Below, in pieces: positions 1 to 8,670 of a DNA stretch of 39,416 nt. The translations under genes and the position numbers were made by a program. Each line of letters begins with the position of its first letter. Position 1 is the stretch's first letter. The notes below the pieces were generated by a model. It had not been told where the DNA came from. It did no database searches and saw only the letters and a program-made list of their open reading frames with translations. Origin of the DNA: a virus (taxonomy: Duplodnaviria > Caudoviricetes); IMG/VR virus record IMGVR_UViG_3300032280_000315, positions 1 through 39,416 of that record; one strand, 5' to 3'.

Positions 1-50
1 CCCAAGGCCAAGAAGGGTGGTCGCAAAGTGTCGGCCGAGGCGTAAGCACC

Positions 51-80
51 TAGCGTGGCCCCCCTTGGCCGCGCTATACT
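51..80 (+). promoter_or_regulatory. Putative sigma70-like promoter for the replication module
   Basis: TAGCGT-18-TATACT, upstream of the ORF at 139. It resembles the TAGAC-type promoter family in this genome. Confidence 0.45.
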
Positions 81-82
81 AT

Positions 83-119
83 AGGGGCCGGTCGAGCAAT
101 CGCCGGCCCCTTGTTACTT
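83..119 (+). terminator. Hairpin, putative intrinsic terminator after the 38868..39338 gene
   Basis: Stem AGGGGCCGG(83-91)/CCGGCCCCT(103-111) followed by TGTTACTT. Confidence 0.5.
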
Positions 120-138
120 GTACCCCTGAGGACCCTAA

Positions 139-528
139 ATGCCTAAGTTCAAGCCCGTCCCCGCAGTGCCGAGCCTCAAAGAGTACGTCGACATCCGTAC
201 TCGGCGGCTCGCCCTCCAGCACGAAGCCGATATACTCAAGCAGCAGGAAGATCTGGCGCTGGAATATCTTATTGCGCTCAGCAATTCCAATGGGCTCCTC
301 CCCATTGTCGACCCCGAGCTCAAGCTACAGCTGGTCGTCTCCAAGACTGAAGAGCCGCAGACCAACGATTGGCCCGCTCTTCTCGCGCATATTCGTGCGA
401 CTGGAGAGGTCGACCTGTTGGAAAAGCGCGTACTGAAGTCGGCCGTCAAGCTCCGCTGGGCAGACAAGATCCAAGTCCCCGGCGTCGGCTCCATTTCCAA
501 GTTTTCCACCGTTCTGAAGGAAGCCTAA
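139..528 (+). CDS. Hypothetical phage protein (replication module)
   Basis: 129-aa ORF with a GAGG RBS, directly followed by the next gene. Confidence 0.8.
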   Translation: MPKFKPVPAVPSLKEYVDIRTRRLALQHEADILKQQEDLALEYLIALSNSNGLLPIVDPELKLQLVVSKTEEPQTNDWPALLAHIRATGEVDLLEKRVLKSAVKLRWADKIQVPGVGSISKFSTVLKEA

Positions 529-529
529 T

Positions 530-1306
530 ATGGCCACCGCTAAGCCCCCCGTCACCGTGGAGGCAGAGCCTCCCAAGCATGCTCTCGTCGCCTGGAAGGA
601 TAAGGTGGCAGCCCTCGCCAAAGACGTTGTCGCCACCGAGAAGCTCGGGGGCAACTACATCAGCTTCCAGGGCGGTCGCCTCAAGATTGGCGAGGATCTG
701 GTCCCCGGCGACAAGATGAACATCGTCGTGGTCAACTACGTCTGGGAATATGCCTACTTCCCCAACGCATACGATCCGACCAAGGTCGTCAGCCCCATGT
801 GCTACGCTTACGGCATGGGCGAAGAGGCAATGGAGATCCTGGGTGAAGACGTTCAGTCCGACTCCTGCGCCGGTTGCCCCAAGAACGAATGGGGCAGCGC
901 GGGCGGCGGATCGCGCGGCAAGGCGTGCAAGAACAGCAGGAAGCTCGCGCTGATGCATGTCGACTCGCTGAGCGGCAACATCGCCAAGGCTGAGATCCTG
1001 TACGCTCGCCTCCCCGTGACGTCCGTCAAGAACTTCCAGAAGGCGGCGACCGACGTTGCGAAGGTTCTCGGGGTGCCGCCGTTCGGCGTCGTGATGGAAA
1101 TGTCCGTCGTCCCCAACCCCTTGTCGCAGTTCCAGGTGAACTTCAAGGTTGTCGACCAGATCAAGGACGACGCCGTGCTGGAAGCGCTGTACGTCCGACA
1201 CGTAGCCCTCAACGAAGAACTGCGCACCCCCTACCCGACCAACGCTGAGCTTGACGAGCGTCGGACCGGGGGCGGCAAGGCGGGCGCGGGCGGAAAGAAA
1301 TACTGA
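530..1306 (+). CDS. Putative ssDNA-binding/annealing protein with conserved Cys cluster
   Basis: 258 aa with CYAY...CAGCPKNEWGS...GKACKN motif, typical of phage proteins found upstream of DNA polymerase. The function is inferred from position. Confidence 0.6.
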   Translation: MATAKPPVTVEAEPPKHALVAWKDKVAALAKDVVATEKLGGNYISFQGGRLKIGEDLVPGDKMNIVVVNYVWEYAYFPNAYDPTKVVSPMCYAYGMGEEAMEILGEDVQSDSCAGCPKNEWGSAGGGSRGKACKNSRKLALMHVDSLSGNIAKAEILYARLPVTSVKNFQKAATDVAKVLGVPPFGVVMEMSVVPNPLSQFQVNFKVVDQIKDDAVLEALYVRHVALNEELRTPYPTNAELDERRTGGGKAGAGGKKY

Positions 1307-1416
1307 ACACCTGTAGCGGGTGAAAACGCCGAGGCCACCGTGGCGTGTAACGGAGCCAGTCGGAGGGGGATCAAAATCGTGGTTGCGGTCTCCTACCCCC
1401 TGATCTGATCGCGAGT

Positions 1417-1446
1417 GCCGGGGCGCGTCATCCCCGGCCTTTCCTT
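1417..1446 (+). terminator. Hairpin, putative intrinsic terminator upstream of the polymerase
   Basis: Stem GCCGGGG/CCCCGGC followed by CTTTCCTT. Confidence 0.5.
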
Positions 1447-1466
1447 GACCCCTACACACAAGCTCA

Positions 1467-3365
1467 ATGTACTCCGTCATCGACTTTGAGACAGAAGAAA
1501 TTGTGGACGGTTCGGGGCTGGCGCCCGTCCCCGTTGGCGTCGCAATTTACTACCCCGACAACGACAACAGCCGCTACTACGCTTGGGGACATCCAACAGA
1601 GAACAACTGTACCGTCGAGGACGGCATCCGCGCGTTGCGCTCCGCTTACCAGCGCGAGTGCTTGTTTCATAACTGCAAGTTTGACCTTGAAGTAGCGCGT
1701 CAGCACCTGGGTCTGCCCTACCCGAAGGCGTATCATGACACAATGTTCCTTCTGTACCTCGACTACCCAATCAGTCACGACCTCGGGCTCAAGCCAAACG
1801 CGGAGCGCCTGCTCGGCATGCCTCCAGAAGAGCGCGATGCGGTACGGGAGTGGCTTGTTGCTAAGGGGATCTGCCGGTGGAACGACAAGCGTTGGGGCCG
1901 CTTTATCTCCAAAGCTCCTGGCGGCCTTGTTGGTCGGTACGCAGAGGGCGACGTCAAGCGTACCTGGCTATTGTTCGACATGCTACACCCGGGAGTGCTC
2001 GGGCGGGAAATGGGTCCAGCGTATGATCGCGAACGCAAGCTCGTCCCGATCATTGCCGCGAGGGAACACGCCGGGGTGCGCATCGACCGTCAGCGCCTTG
2101 AACAAGACCTGTTCTTGTACCAGGTGTACTACGAACAGATTACTCAGCACATTTGTCAAGTCCTGGGAAAAGATGTAGACCTGGACAGCGGCGCGGCGCT
2201 GGCTGAAGCTCTGCTGAGCGGCGGTCACGTTGAGTCCCTGCCTCGGACCCCCAAGGGCCGCATATCGGTCGCCCGCAAAGGGCTCAACGCCGCGCTGCGC
2301 AACTCCCCCCTCAGCAAACTCATCGGCTACCGGGGCGCACTCAAGACGTTGATGACGACGTTTATGGGGCCGTGGCTCGACTTCAGCGCCCGCGACGGTC
2401 GCATCCATCCCGCGTACAACCAAGTCAGAGGGGAGGAATATGGTACCCGGACCGGGCGGCTCAGTTCCTCCAAGCCCAACTTCCAGAACGTGCCCAACGA
2501 GTTTGAAGGGCTCGACCTTGACGGGTTCCCTCTGCTCCCCCTTATGCGTCAGTATGTCCTGCCCGACGCTGATGATGAGGTTATCCTCGTGGGAGACTTC
2601 AACGGGCAAGAAATGCGACTTCTTGCGCACTTTGCTGAGGGTCGGTTAGCTCAGATCTATCGTGAGGACCCGACGGCCGACATTCATGAGGTAGCCGCTC
2701 AGATTGTATCTGAGATCCTCGGCATCATGATGAAGCGTAAGCAGACCAAGATCGTCGGCTTCAGCTTGGTGTACGGCTCCGGGGTTCCCCATTTGGCTGA
2801 CGGTCTGGGCGTAGAATACGACCTTGCGCGTAAGATCAAGCAAGCCTATTTCAAGGGTATGCCTGGGCTGGAGGAGTTTCTTGACGACGTGGGCGGACGC
2901 TCCGAAGTGCGTACTTGGGGCGGTAGGATCATCCCCGTCGAACCCCCGCGTGCGAACCCTAACGGAGGCATCTGGAGCTTTGGTTACAAACTGGCTAACC
3001 ATTTGATTCAGGGAACCGCCGCAGATCAGACCAAGGAAGCCATTATCCGGTACAATGCGTCGTCTAAGCCTGGCCGGTTCTTCGCAACTGTCCACGACGA
3101 GAACGATACCAGCGTACCGCTGGCCAAGCTCGGGGAGGAAATCGCAGTTCTACGCGCTGCGATGGAGGACTTACCCGACTTTGATGTCCCATTCAAGGTT
3201 GAGTTCAAGTACGGGCGGAATTGGGCCGACCTTACCAAAATTGAATCGCCGCCGTCTCCAGCCTCGACCCCCGCAGCGCGCAGTTCACTGCCTCAGCTGC
3301 TCAACGCCTTGGATAAGCAACAATGGAAATCAAGCGTCCGTCCCGATGGTCCTACTCCGCACTAA
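1467..3365 (+). CDS. polA: Family A DNA polymerase with 3'-5' exonuclease domain
   Basis: ExoI IDFET, ExoII HNCKFD and ExoIII YAEGD. Also TGRLSSSKPNFQN, motif A DFNGQEMR, motif B KIVGFSLVYG and motif C VHDE. Confidence 0.96.
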   Translation: MYSVIDFETEEIVDGSGLAPVPVGVAIYYPDNDNSRYYAWGHPTENNCTVEDGIRALRSAYQRECLFHNCKFDLEVARQHLGLPYPKAYHDTMFLLYLDYPISHDLGLKPNAERLLGMPPEERDAVREWLVAKGICRWNDKRWGRFISKAPGGLVGRYAEGDVKRTWLLFDMLHPGVLGREMGPAYDRERKLVPIIAAREHAGVRIDRQRLEQDLFLYQVYYEQITQHICQVLGKDVDLDSGAALAEALLSGGHVESLPRTPKGRISVARKGLNAALRNSPLSKLIGYRGALKTLMTTFMGPWLDFSARDGRIHPAYNQVRGEEYGTRTGRLSSSKPNFQNVPNEFEGLDLDGFPLLPLMRQYVLPDADDEVILVGDFNGQEMRLLAHFAEGRLAQIYREDPTADIHEVAAQIVSEILGIMMKRKQTKIVGFSLVYGSGVPHLADGLGVEYDLARKIKQAYFKGMPGLEEFLDDVGGRSEVRTWGGRIIPVEPPRANPNGGIWSFGYKLANHLIQGTAADQTKEAIIRYNASSKPGRFFATVHDENDTSVPLAKLGEEIAVLRAAMEDLPDFDVPFKVEFKYGRNWADLTKIESPPSPASTPAARSSLPQLLNALDKQQWKSSVRPDGPTPH

Positions 3366-3985
3366 GCACCTACAAGGGTTGCCCGGCTCAATACAAGTAT
3401 AGTTACATCGACGGCCTCTCCAGCCCGCCATCTGCTGCGATGGCTCGAGGGACGCGCCTTCACACGCTTTGCGAGGACTACGTCACCGGCAAGATTACTC
3501 ATATGCCGAATGACCTCCGCAAGATCAGCCTTCGGCTTGAGGATCTACGACAGAGAAAGGCTCAAGCGGAGGCCGTTTGGCTTCTTGACAAAGAATGGTC
3601 GCCGGTGACTGACCAATCCAAAGCCTGGATCAAGGCAATCGTTGACGTACACTGGTTGGCTGGGGACGTACTCCATTTGGCCGATTATAAAAGTGGTAAT
3701 TCGTACCCCGAACACGACGACCAACTCCAACTGTACGGCATCCTCGGTCTACAGCAATACTCTGAGGCCAAGAGAGTCGAGTACAGCGCAATCTACATTG
3801 ATAGTGGAGCCGTTGGTGCTGTGGGCGGACTCATTCGACCGATGGCCGAGAGACTTCGTGAGAAATGGCACGGGGACGCCCTTATGATGGAGGCCGATAC
3901 CGAGTTTCAGCCCAAGCCAGGCTCGGCGTGTAATTGGTGCGCTTTCAAACCTTCCAAGGGAGGCCCCTGTGTTGTTGGAAAGTGA
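3323..3985 (+). CDS. PD-(D/E)XK nuclease, Cas4/RecB-like, probable Fe-S cluster
   Basis: WSYSAL...CP, GTRLH, IVD...DYKSG, QLQLY and a C-terminal CNWC...C. Confidence 0.88.
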   Translation: MEIKRPSRWSYSALSTYKGCPAQYKYSYIDGLSSPPSAAMARGTRLHTLCEDYVTGKITHMPNDLRKISLRLEDLRQRKAQAEAVWLLDKEWSPVTDQSKAWIKAIVDVHWLAGDVLHLADYKSGNSYPEHDDQLQLYGILGLQQYSEAKRVEYSAIYIDSGAVGAVGGLIRPMAERLREKWHGDALMMEADTEFQPKPGSACNWCAFKPSKGGPCVVGK

Positions 3986-4256
3986 TATCGAGATCCGTGC
4001 GGTAGGCTACGCCAAGTCAATCGGCATTCGCAACGTAATCAAGCTCAACGTGACCGGCTCTGTAGGCTGGCCCGACCGAGTGTTCTTCAAGAACGGCCGA
4101 ACCCTGTTCATCGAGTTCAAGCGGCCCGGCGAGCAGCCCCGTCCCACTCAAGTATTCAAGATGGACATACTACGCAACGACGGCTTCCAATGCGAAGTAT
4201 GCGACAGTTTCGTTCAAGCGAAACAGGTACTGGACAACTTCTTGAAAGCGGTATAA
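3969..4256 (+). CDS. VRR-NUC domain nuclease
   Basis: LESDIE...GWPDRVF...FIEFKRPG...Q motif in 95 aa. Confidence 0.88.
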   Translation: MLLESDIEIRAVGYAKSIGIRNVIKLNVTGSVGWPDRVFFKNGRTLFIEFKRPGEQPRPTQVFKMDILRNDGFQCEVCDSFVQAKQVLDNFLKAV

Positions 4257-4257
4257 T
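4231..4257 (+). promoter_or_regulatory. Possible promoter for the amino acid:DNA transferase gene
   Basis: Perfect TATAAT at 4252-4257. TGGACA lies 15 bp upstream, which is suboptimal spacing. Confidence 0.35.
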
Positions 4258-4285
4258 TAGCATCTGCTAACCGTAGGAGAATGAA

Positions 4286-5131
4286 GTGACAACACTCATC
4301 ACTAGTCTCAAGCAGTTCAGTGAAGTACTCATACAGACCGGCGAGATAGACCCCAGCTATTACATGCTGTATTCCGCCCGACGCTATTCATCTCACGGAG
4401 AGGATTGGGTCAAACGCTTCTGCGTTGCTTACTTGCTGTTCTACCACACCGGGACCGCCGCCAAAGCAGCCGACCACGAGGGCGCAGACTTTTGGCGTTG
4501 TTTGAAGGACGCTTGGGAAAATACTCGGTCGAGGGGGCCGGAACGTCGCCACTTCCGAGGGGACAAATCGTGGGACGCTCTCAAATTTTGCTCCCAGTAC
4601 CACCCCAATAAGCCCGAAGACATGTTTGATGCGCCCCGATTCGCTATCAACTACAAACGGTTCCACGCCGCAGCCGCGAAGTACCCTCAGTTTGGGGACT
4701 ACTTCATTTGGAAATGGAACGACTTCAGCACTTGCGTGTTCGACGACGTTCGCAATATGAATGACTGCGAGTCCTACTTGCCTGACGTCCCCAAGAAAGC
4801 TCTCCAGCGCGTATGGTCGGATCGGCATTGGCAAAATTCGTTTGAGTACCTGATCAACTTGATCAGCGACATTCCTGAGCCGTTTTGCATAATCCCCCGT
4901 CGTCCATGCGGACCTCAAGAAGCGGAGACCATTGCTTGCTCGCTCAAAGGCTACGTTCTGGAGCACCCCCCGACGTACATCGGTTACGATATTCACGAGA
5001 AGCACGCACAGCTTGAGAAACTGATGGGGGAGGACAGCTGGCTTAGCAAGCTCCTGCCGGGTCGCGTTGCCCCCTCCGAATACAAGGTTGACAAAGATGC
5101 CATCCTGGACTCCGCACGGTTACCAGCTTAA
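4286..5131 (+). CDS. Amino acid:DNA transferase (aG/PT-PPlase clade 2, HhH-glycosylase fold)
   Basis: GTG start with AGGAG RBS. Motifs IDPSY, RFCVAYLLFYH, RGPERRHFRG, FGDYFIWK, QEAETIAC and YIGYDIHE match the clade-2 proteins of thymidine-hypermodifying phages. Confidence 0.85.
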   Translation: MTTLITSLKQFSEVLIQTGEIDPSYYMLYSARRYSSHGEDWVKRFCVAYLLFYHTGTAAKAADHEGADFWRCLKDAWENTRSRGPERRHFRGDKSWDALKFCSQYHPNKPEDMFDAPRFAINYKRFHAAAAKYPQFGDYFIWKWNDFSTCVFDDVRNMNDCESYLPDVPKKALQRVWSDRHWQNSFEYLINLISDIPEPFCIIPRRPCGPQEAETIACSLKGYVLEHPPTYIGYDIHEKHAQLEKLMGEDSWLSKLLPGRVAPSEYKVDKDAILDSARLPA

Positions 5132-6485
5132 AGCGGTCGAATGGCTGGTAGCCAAGGCTACGTCTGGGCTGCTGCTGAACCCGGGCATGGGCAAGACCAG
5201 CAGTACCCTCGCCGCCATCAGCATTCTGAAGGGAGTGGGGTACATTAGCAAGACTCTGGTAGTGGCCCCCCTTCGCGTCGCCAAACTTGTGTGGCCCGTC
5301 GAGGCGCGCAAATGGAATGACTTCAATAACCTCAAGGTAGTCCACCTGTGCGAAATGGACAACGAGAAGCGGTCGCGGCTGCTCAAGGGCGATTACGACA
5401 TCTATGTGATCAACCCAGAGTCGCTCAAATACGTTCTGGAGCGTATGCCCGACGACATGGACTGTCTCGTCATTGACGAGTCGACCAAGTTTAAGGACTA
5501 CAGCACTCAGCGGTTCAAGGCTCTCAAGAAATTCCTGCCTCGGTTCAAGCGTCGCTTCATCCTGACGGGGACTCCTGCCCCCAATGGTCTCGAAGATCTG
5601 TTCGGTCAAGTGTACATCCTCGACTTGGGTAAGCGACTGGGTAGGTACATTACTCATTTTCGTCAGGAGTTTATGGTTCCCGACGCCTGGCAGGACTACA
5701 CCTATCATCCGGCGGTCGGCGCGGAGAAACTCATTTATGAGCGGCTTGCGGATCTGCTGCTACGGATGGACCCGAAGGACCATCTTGAGATGCCGGAGTT
5801 GATCAATCGGTTCACGACCGTCGCGCTGCCGCCGTCGGCCCGCAAAGTGTACAAAGATATGGCGGACAATCTGTTCACCATTATCAAGGAGGACCCCGTG
5901 TTTGGGGTCAACGCTGCCGTCGCTGGGGCCAAATGTCGCCAAATTGGCAACGGATTCTTGTATGTACAGAACGAGGACGATTCACGGCGGGTTGAAGTAC
6001 TCCACGATGAGAAAGTTGAGGCTCTGCTCGAGCTTGTCGAAGAAATGCAGGATCGGCCTCTGCTTGTCCTGTATGAGTTTATTGCTGACCGGGACCGATT
6101 GCTCGCGGTTATCCCCGGCGCGGTGGACATTACAACAACGAGGGATCTTGAGGGTACGGTCGATGCCTTTAACAAGGGGACTCTGCGCGTCTTGCTTGCG
6201 CATCCGAAGTCTGCTGGCCACGGGCTCAATTTGCAGGGAGTCTGCGACACGGTCGCGTGGTTTGGCGTTACCTGGGACCTTGAGCTTTATGAACAGGCCA
6301 TTGCTCGGATTTGGCGTCAAGGCAATCCGAACCCGGCGGTGATCGTACACCACCTGATGGCCGATACTGAAATTGACCGACGAGTACAGAAAGTGCTGGA
6401 GTCGAAGGCCAAGACTCAGAACAACTTTCTCGACGCGCTGCGCGACTTGGCTAAACACCCCGCTACAGCCTCGGCCGAGGTATAA
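5097..6485 (+). CDS. SNF2-family (SF2) helicase
   Basis: PHGYQ, PGMGKT, VIDEST, LTGTP, SAGHGLNLQ and QAIARIWRQG. I preferred ATG 5097 over TTG 5067 as the start. Confidence 0.93.
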   Translation: MPSWTPHGYQLKAVEWLVAKATSGLLLNPGMGKTSSTLAAISILKGVGYISKTLVVAPLRVAKLVWPVEARKWNDFNNLKVVHLCEMDNEKRSRLLKGDYDIYVINPESLKYVLERMPDDMDCLVIDESTKFKDYSTQRFKALKKFLPRFKRRFILTGTPAPNGLEDLFGQVYILDLGKRLGRYITHFRQEFMVPDAWQDYTYHPAVGAEKLIYERLADLLLRMDPKDHLEMPELINRFTTVALPPSARKVYKDMADNLFTIIKEDPVFGVNAAVAGAKCRQIGNGFLYVQNEDDSRRVEVLHDEKVEALLELVEEMQDRPLLVLYEFIADRDRLLAVIPGAVDITTTRDLEGTVDAFNKGTLRVLLAHPKSAGHGLNLQGVCDTVAWFGVTWDLELYEQAIARIWRQGNPNPAVIVHHLMADTEIDRRVQKVLESKAKTQNNFLDALRDLAKHPATASAEV

Positions 6486-6494
6486 TAGGAACAG
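6481..6494 (+). promoter_or_regulatory. Putative -10/start region for the modification operon
   Basis: TATAATAGGAACAG is nearly identical to TATAATGGGAACAG of the promoter at 34823 (- strand). No clear -35. Confidence 0.5.
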
Positions 6495-6496
6495 CT

Positions 6497-7060
6497 ATGG
6501 ACCTACTCGACCAACGCCTGTACGCCAAGATGAACATCTTCTTCATTGATAGAGATCCCAAACAAGCCGCTATGTGGCTTAAAGACGCCCACATACTTAA
6601 GATGGGCATCGAGTCGGCTCAGCTGCTGTCGACCGCCTGGCACATTCTCAATCCTGGCGACCTACGCTGGTATGAGGGCGTCCCGTTCCTTGAAGATAAG
6701 CCCATTTACAAAAAGACCCACGAAAACCATCCTATGGCGATCTGGGTACGTCAGTCAGTTGGGAACTACAGCTGGTGCTGGCGCCACGGTAAGGCCATTA
6801 TGGCCGAGTACCAGCACCGCTGGGGCGACAAGTCTAAGATCATTCACGCAACCACCTGGATACTTAACACGCTTCAGGAGCTACCCGACAACCTGCCGGA
6901 CGGCGACTTCACTGAACCGCCTCAGTGCATGCCCGAGCAGTACCACGACGCGGACTTTGTGACGGCATATCGCCGCTACTACACCCACGAGAAGATCAAA
7001 CCCAACATTAGCGGTATCGACAAATACACGGACCGGGAGAAGCCAGAATGGAACATCTAA
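6497..7060 (+). CDS. Pyrimidine-dimer DNA glycosylase / endonuclease V-like protein
   Basis: MNIF...D.H.LKM..ESAQLLSTA, YKKTHENHP..IWVR and PPQCMP...AYRRYY motifs. The true start may be ATG 6530 (MNIFF). Confidence 0.8.
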   Translation: MDLLDQRLYAKMNIFFIDRDPKQAAMWLKDAHILKMGIESAQLLSTAWHILNPGDLRWYEGVPFLEDKPIYKKTHENHPMAIWVRQSVGNYSWCWRHGKAIMAEYQHRWGDKSKIIHATTWILNTLQELPDNLPDGDFTEPPQCMPEQYHDADFVTAYRRYYTHEKIKPNISGIDKYTDREKPEWNI

Positions 7061-7638
7061 TTATCAAGCTTCACGGATGCTCGGGCGCGGGCAAAACTAC
7101 CGCAGCGCGGGAGCTCATGGCGTCCTACGGCATCGTCTATCCTATGGACAATTTTGAGCACGCCGGTCGCCGGTACAAGTACGCACATGCGCGACGGCTG
7201 GACGGTAAGCCCGATCTGTACCTCATTGGAGACTACAGCCGACCCGGCTGCGGGGGGACCGACACGATCCCCACGTATACTGTAACAATGGAAATGGTAG
7301 ACTACTTCGTCAAGTACGGTCATGTGTTGTACGAGGGTCTGCTGCTGAGTACCTACTACGGGGCACCCGGCAAGCTGACCGAGCGGTACGGGGACAGCCA
7401 CCTGTTCGCGTTTCTCGACACCCCCGCCGACCTGTGCGTAGAGCGCGTGCGCTCGCGGCGTGAGGCCGCGGGCAGTAAGAACAAGTTTGACCCGCAGCTG
7501 ACCCGCGACAAACACGCTACCATCGAGCGGCTGAAGACCCGAGTCCGAGCAATGGGTCGTAGGGTCGTTGAGCTCGATCACGCCAAGCAACCTGCTCTCC
7601 AGCTGAAGGGACTTTATGACGCACATGTTCCTTCCTGA
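7048..7638 (+). CDS. P-loop kinase, putative 5-hydroxymethyl-dU DNA kinase
   Basis: Walker A GCSGAGKTT, IGDY...CGGTD, VLYEGLLLS and LDTP..CVERV..RR. It sits next to the clade-1 aG/PT-PPlase gene. Confidence 0.82.
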   Translation: MEHLIIKLHGCSGAGKTTAARELMASYGIVYPMDNFEHAGRRYKYAHARRLDGKPDLYLIGDYSRPGCGGTDTIPTYTVTMEMVDYFVKYGHVLYEGLLLSTYYGAPGKLTERYGDSHLFAFLDTPADLCVERVRSRREAAGSKNKFDPQLTRDKHATIERLKTRVRAMGRRVVELDHAKQPALQLKGLYDAHVPS

Positions 7639-8443
7639 GCGGCTGTCAGAGGTCCAGTACTGGATTGAGGAACGCGAGCGGGTCCGAGTCAAACATGACA
7701 GCAATGCCCCCGGCAAATGGTCAGACGACCCCGCCTTCCAGACCATACGATTTTGTAACGTCTACCGGGAGCACGATCGGGTTACTCGTTGGATCGACAT
7801 TAACTGGAGGGAGCCGTTTTTGGAGCACCATATGCTCCCCCTCGCAATGATAATTGCTCGACTTGTAAACTGGCCCGATACGTTGCTCCAATTGGGGTTT
7901 CCGATCAACGGTTGGGACCCTGATTGGTTCAAGAAGGTTCTGGCTCTTCGCAAATCATCAGGGGAGAAGGTCTGGACCAACGCTTACATGGTAACGGGCG
8001 GCTACAGCGAGGGCGGAGAGTCCAAGGAAGTCATCATAGCTCGGGTGATCGACGGAGCCAATTACGCCCTCAACAATTTTCCCCATCCTGAGACCCTCAA
8101 AGGTTGGTTCCAGATGCTGTCGACGCCGGGGCTGGGCCCATTCCTCCGGGGGCAGATCATAGCAGATCTGAAGTACACCCCTGTTCTGCGGGAAGCCCCC
8201 GACTGGTGGACTTGGTGCGCCCCCGGACCGGGGTCGCAGCAAGGGCTGAACTTCTTGATGGGCAAGCCTCAAGCCAAGACCTGGCGCAACGACGACTTTA
8301 TGGAGGCTATCAACAAACTGAGAGAACATCTGCCGGTCGAGATCCACGCTCAAGACGTGCAGAACGTCCTGTGTGAGTACAGCAAATGGTTCAAGTTTAC
8401 TCACCTGGGTACCCCGCCCAAGAACAAATACGTGAGAGTCTAA
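7616..8443 (+). CDS. aG/PT-PPlase clade 1 protein (HhH-glycosylase-like helical fold, thymidine hypermodification)
   Basis: WIEERE...WSDDP...RFCNVYREHDRVT.WI, NAYMV, GLGPFL..QIIADLKY, GPGS..GL and QDVQNVLCEYSK. Confidence 0.88.
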   Translation: MTHMFLPERLSEVQYWIEERERVRVKHDSNAPGKWSDDPAFQTIRFCNVYREHDRVTRWIDINWREPFLEHHMLPLAMIIARLVNWPDTLLQLGFPINGWDPDWFKKVLALRKSSGEKVWTNAYMVTGGYSEGGESKEVIIARVIDGANYALNNFPHPETLKGWFQMLSTPGLGPFLRGQIIADLKYTPVLREAPDWWTWCAPGPGSQQGLNFLMGKPQAKTWRNDDFMEAINKLREHLPVEIHAQDVQNVLCEYSKWFKFTHLGTPPKNKYVRV

Positions 8444-8670
8444 TGTCTTTTATTCATTACATTGTGCACCCCGAGGGGCAAATGGATAAAGTTGAAGGGT
8501 ACATATCAGAGATAGAGGCGCGCAATCGCGCCAAAGAATGGGCGGTTAAATTGACCGGAGTCGAGATCATTATTATGTCGACCCTTGCGATCTACCGCAA
8601 CGTGCCGAAGGTCGAGGAGCAAAAGCTGGAACACATGCCGGAGTCGGTTGCCCCTCTTTACCAGCGTTGA
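8443..8670 (+). CDS. Hypothetical protein (75 aa)
   Basis: ATG overlaps the upstream stop (TAATG). Sequence begins MSFIHYIVHPEG. Confidence 0.65.
   Translation: MSFIHYIVHPEGQMDKVEGYISEIEARNRAKEWAVKLTGVEIIIMSTLAIYRNVPKVEEQKLEHMPESVAPLYQR

Larger units (their letters stand above)
1..123 (+). repeat. Terminal direct repeat, copy 1 (probably assembly overlap)
   Basis: Identical to 39294..39416 (cccaaggccaagaagg...gttacttgtac). It begins inside the 3' end of CDS 38868..39338. Confidence 0.95.

Noticed and set aside
1-123. 123-bp end repeat as a biological direct terminal repeat
   Set aside because: It starts mid-gene and its length is typical of an assembler overlap, so it is more likely a circularisation artefact.
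446-1480. 344-aa - strand ORF
   Set aside because: It is an antisense shadow of the SSB-like gene.
3323-3985. Cas4-like gene as part of a CRISPR system
   Set aside because: There are no other cas genes or array, and solo Cas4/RecB-like nucleases are common in phage replication modules.
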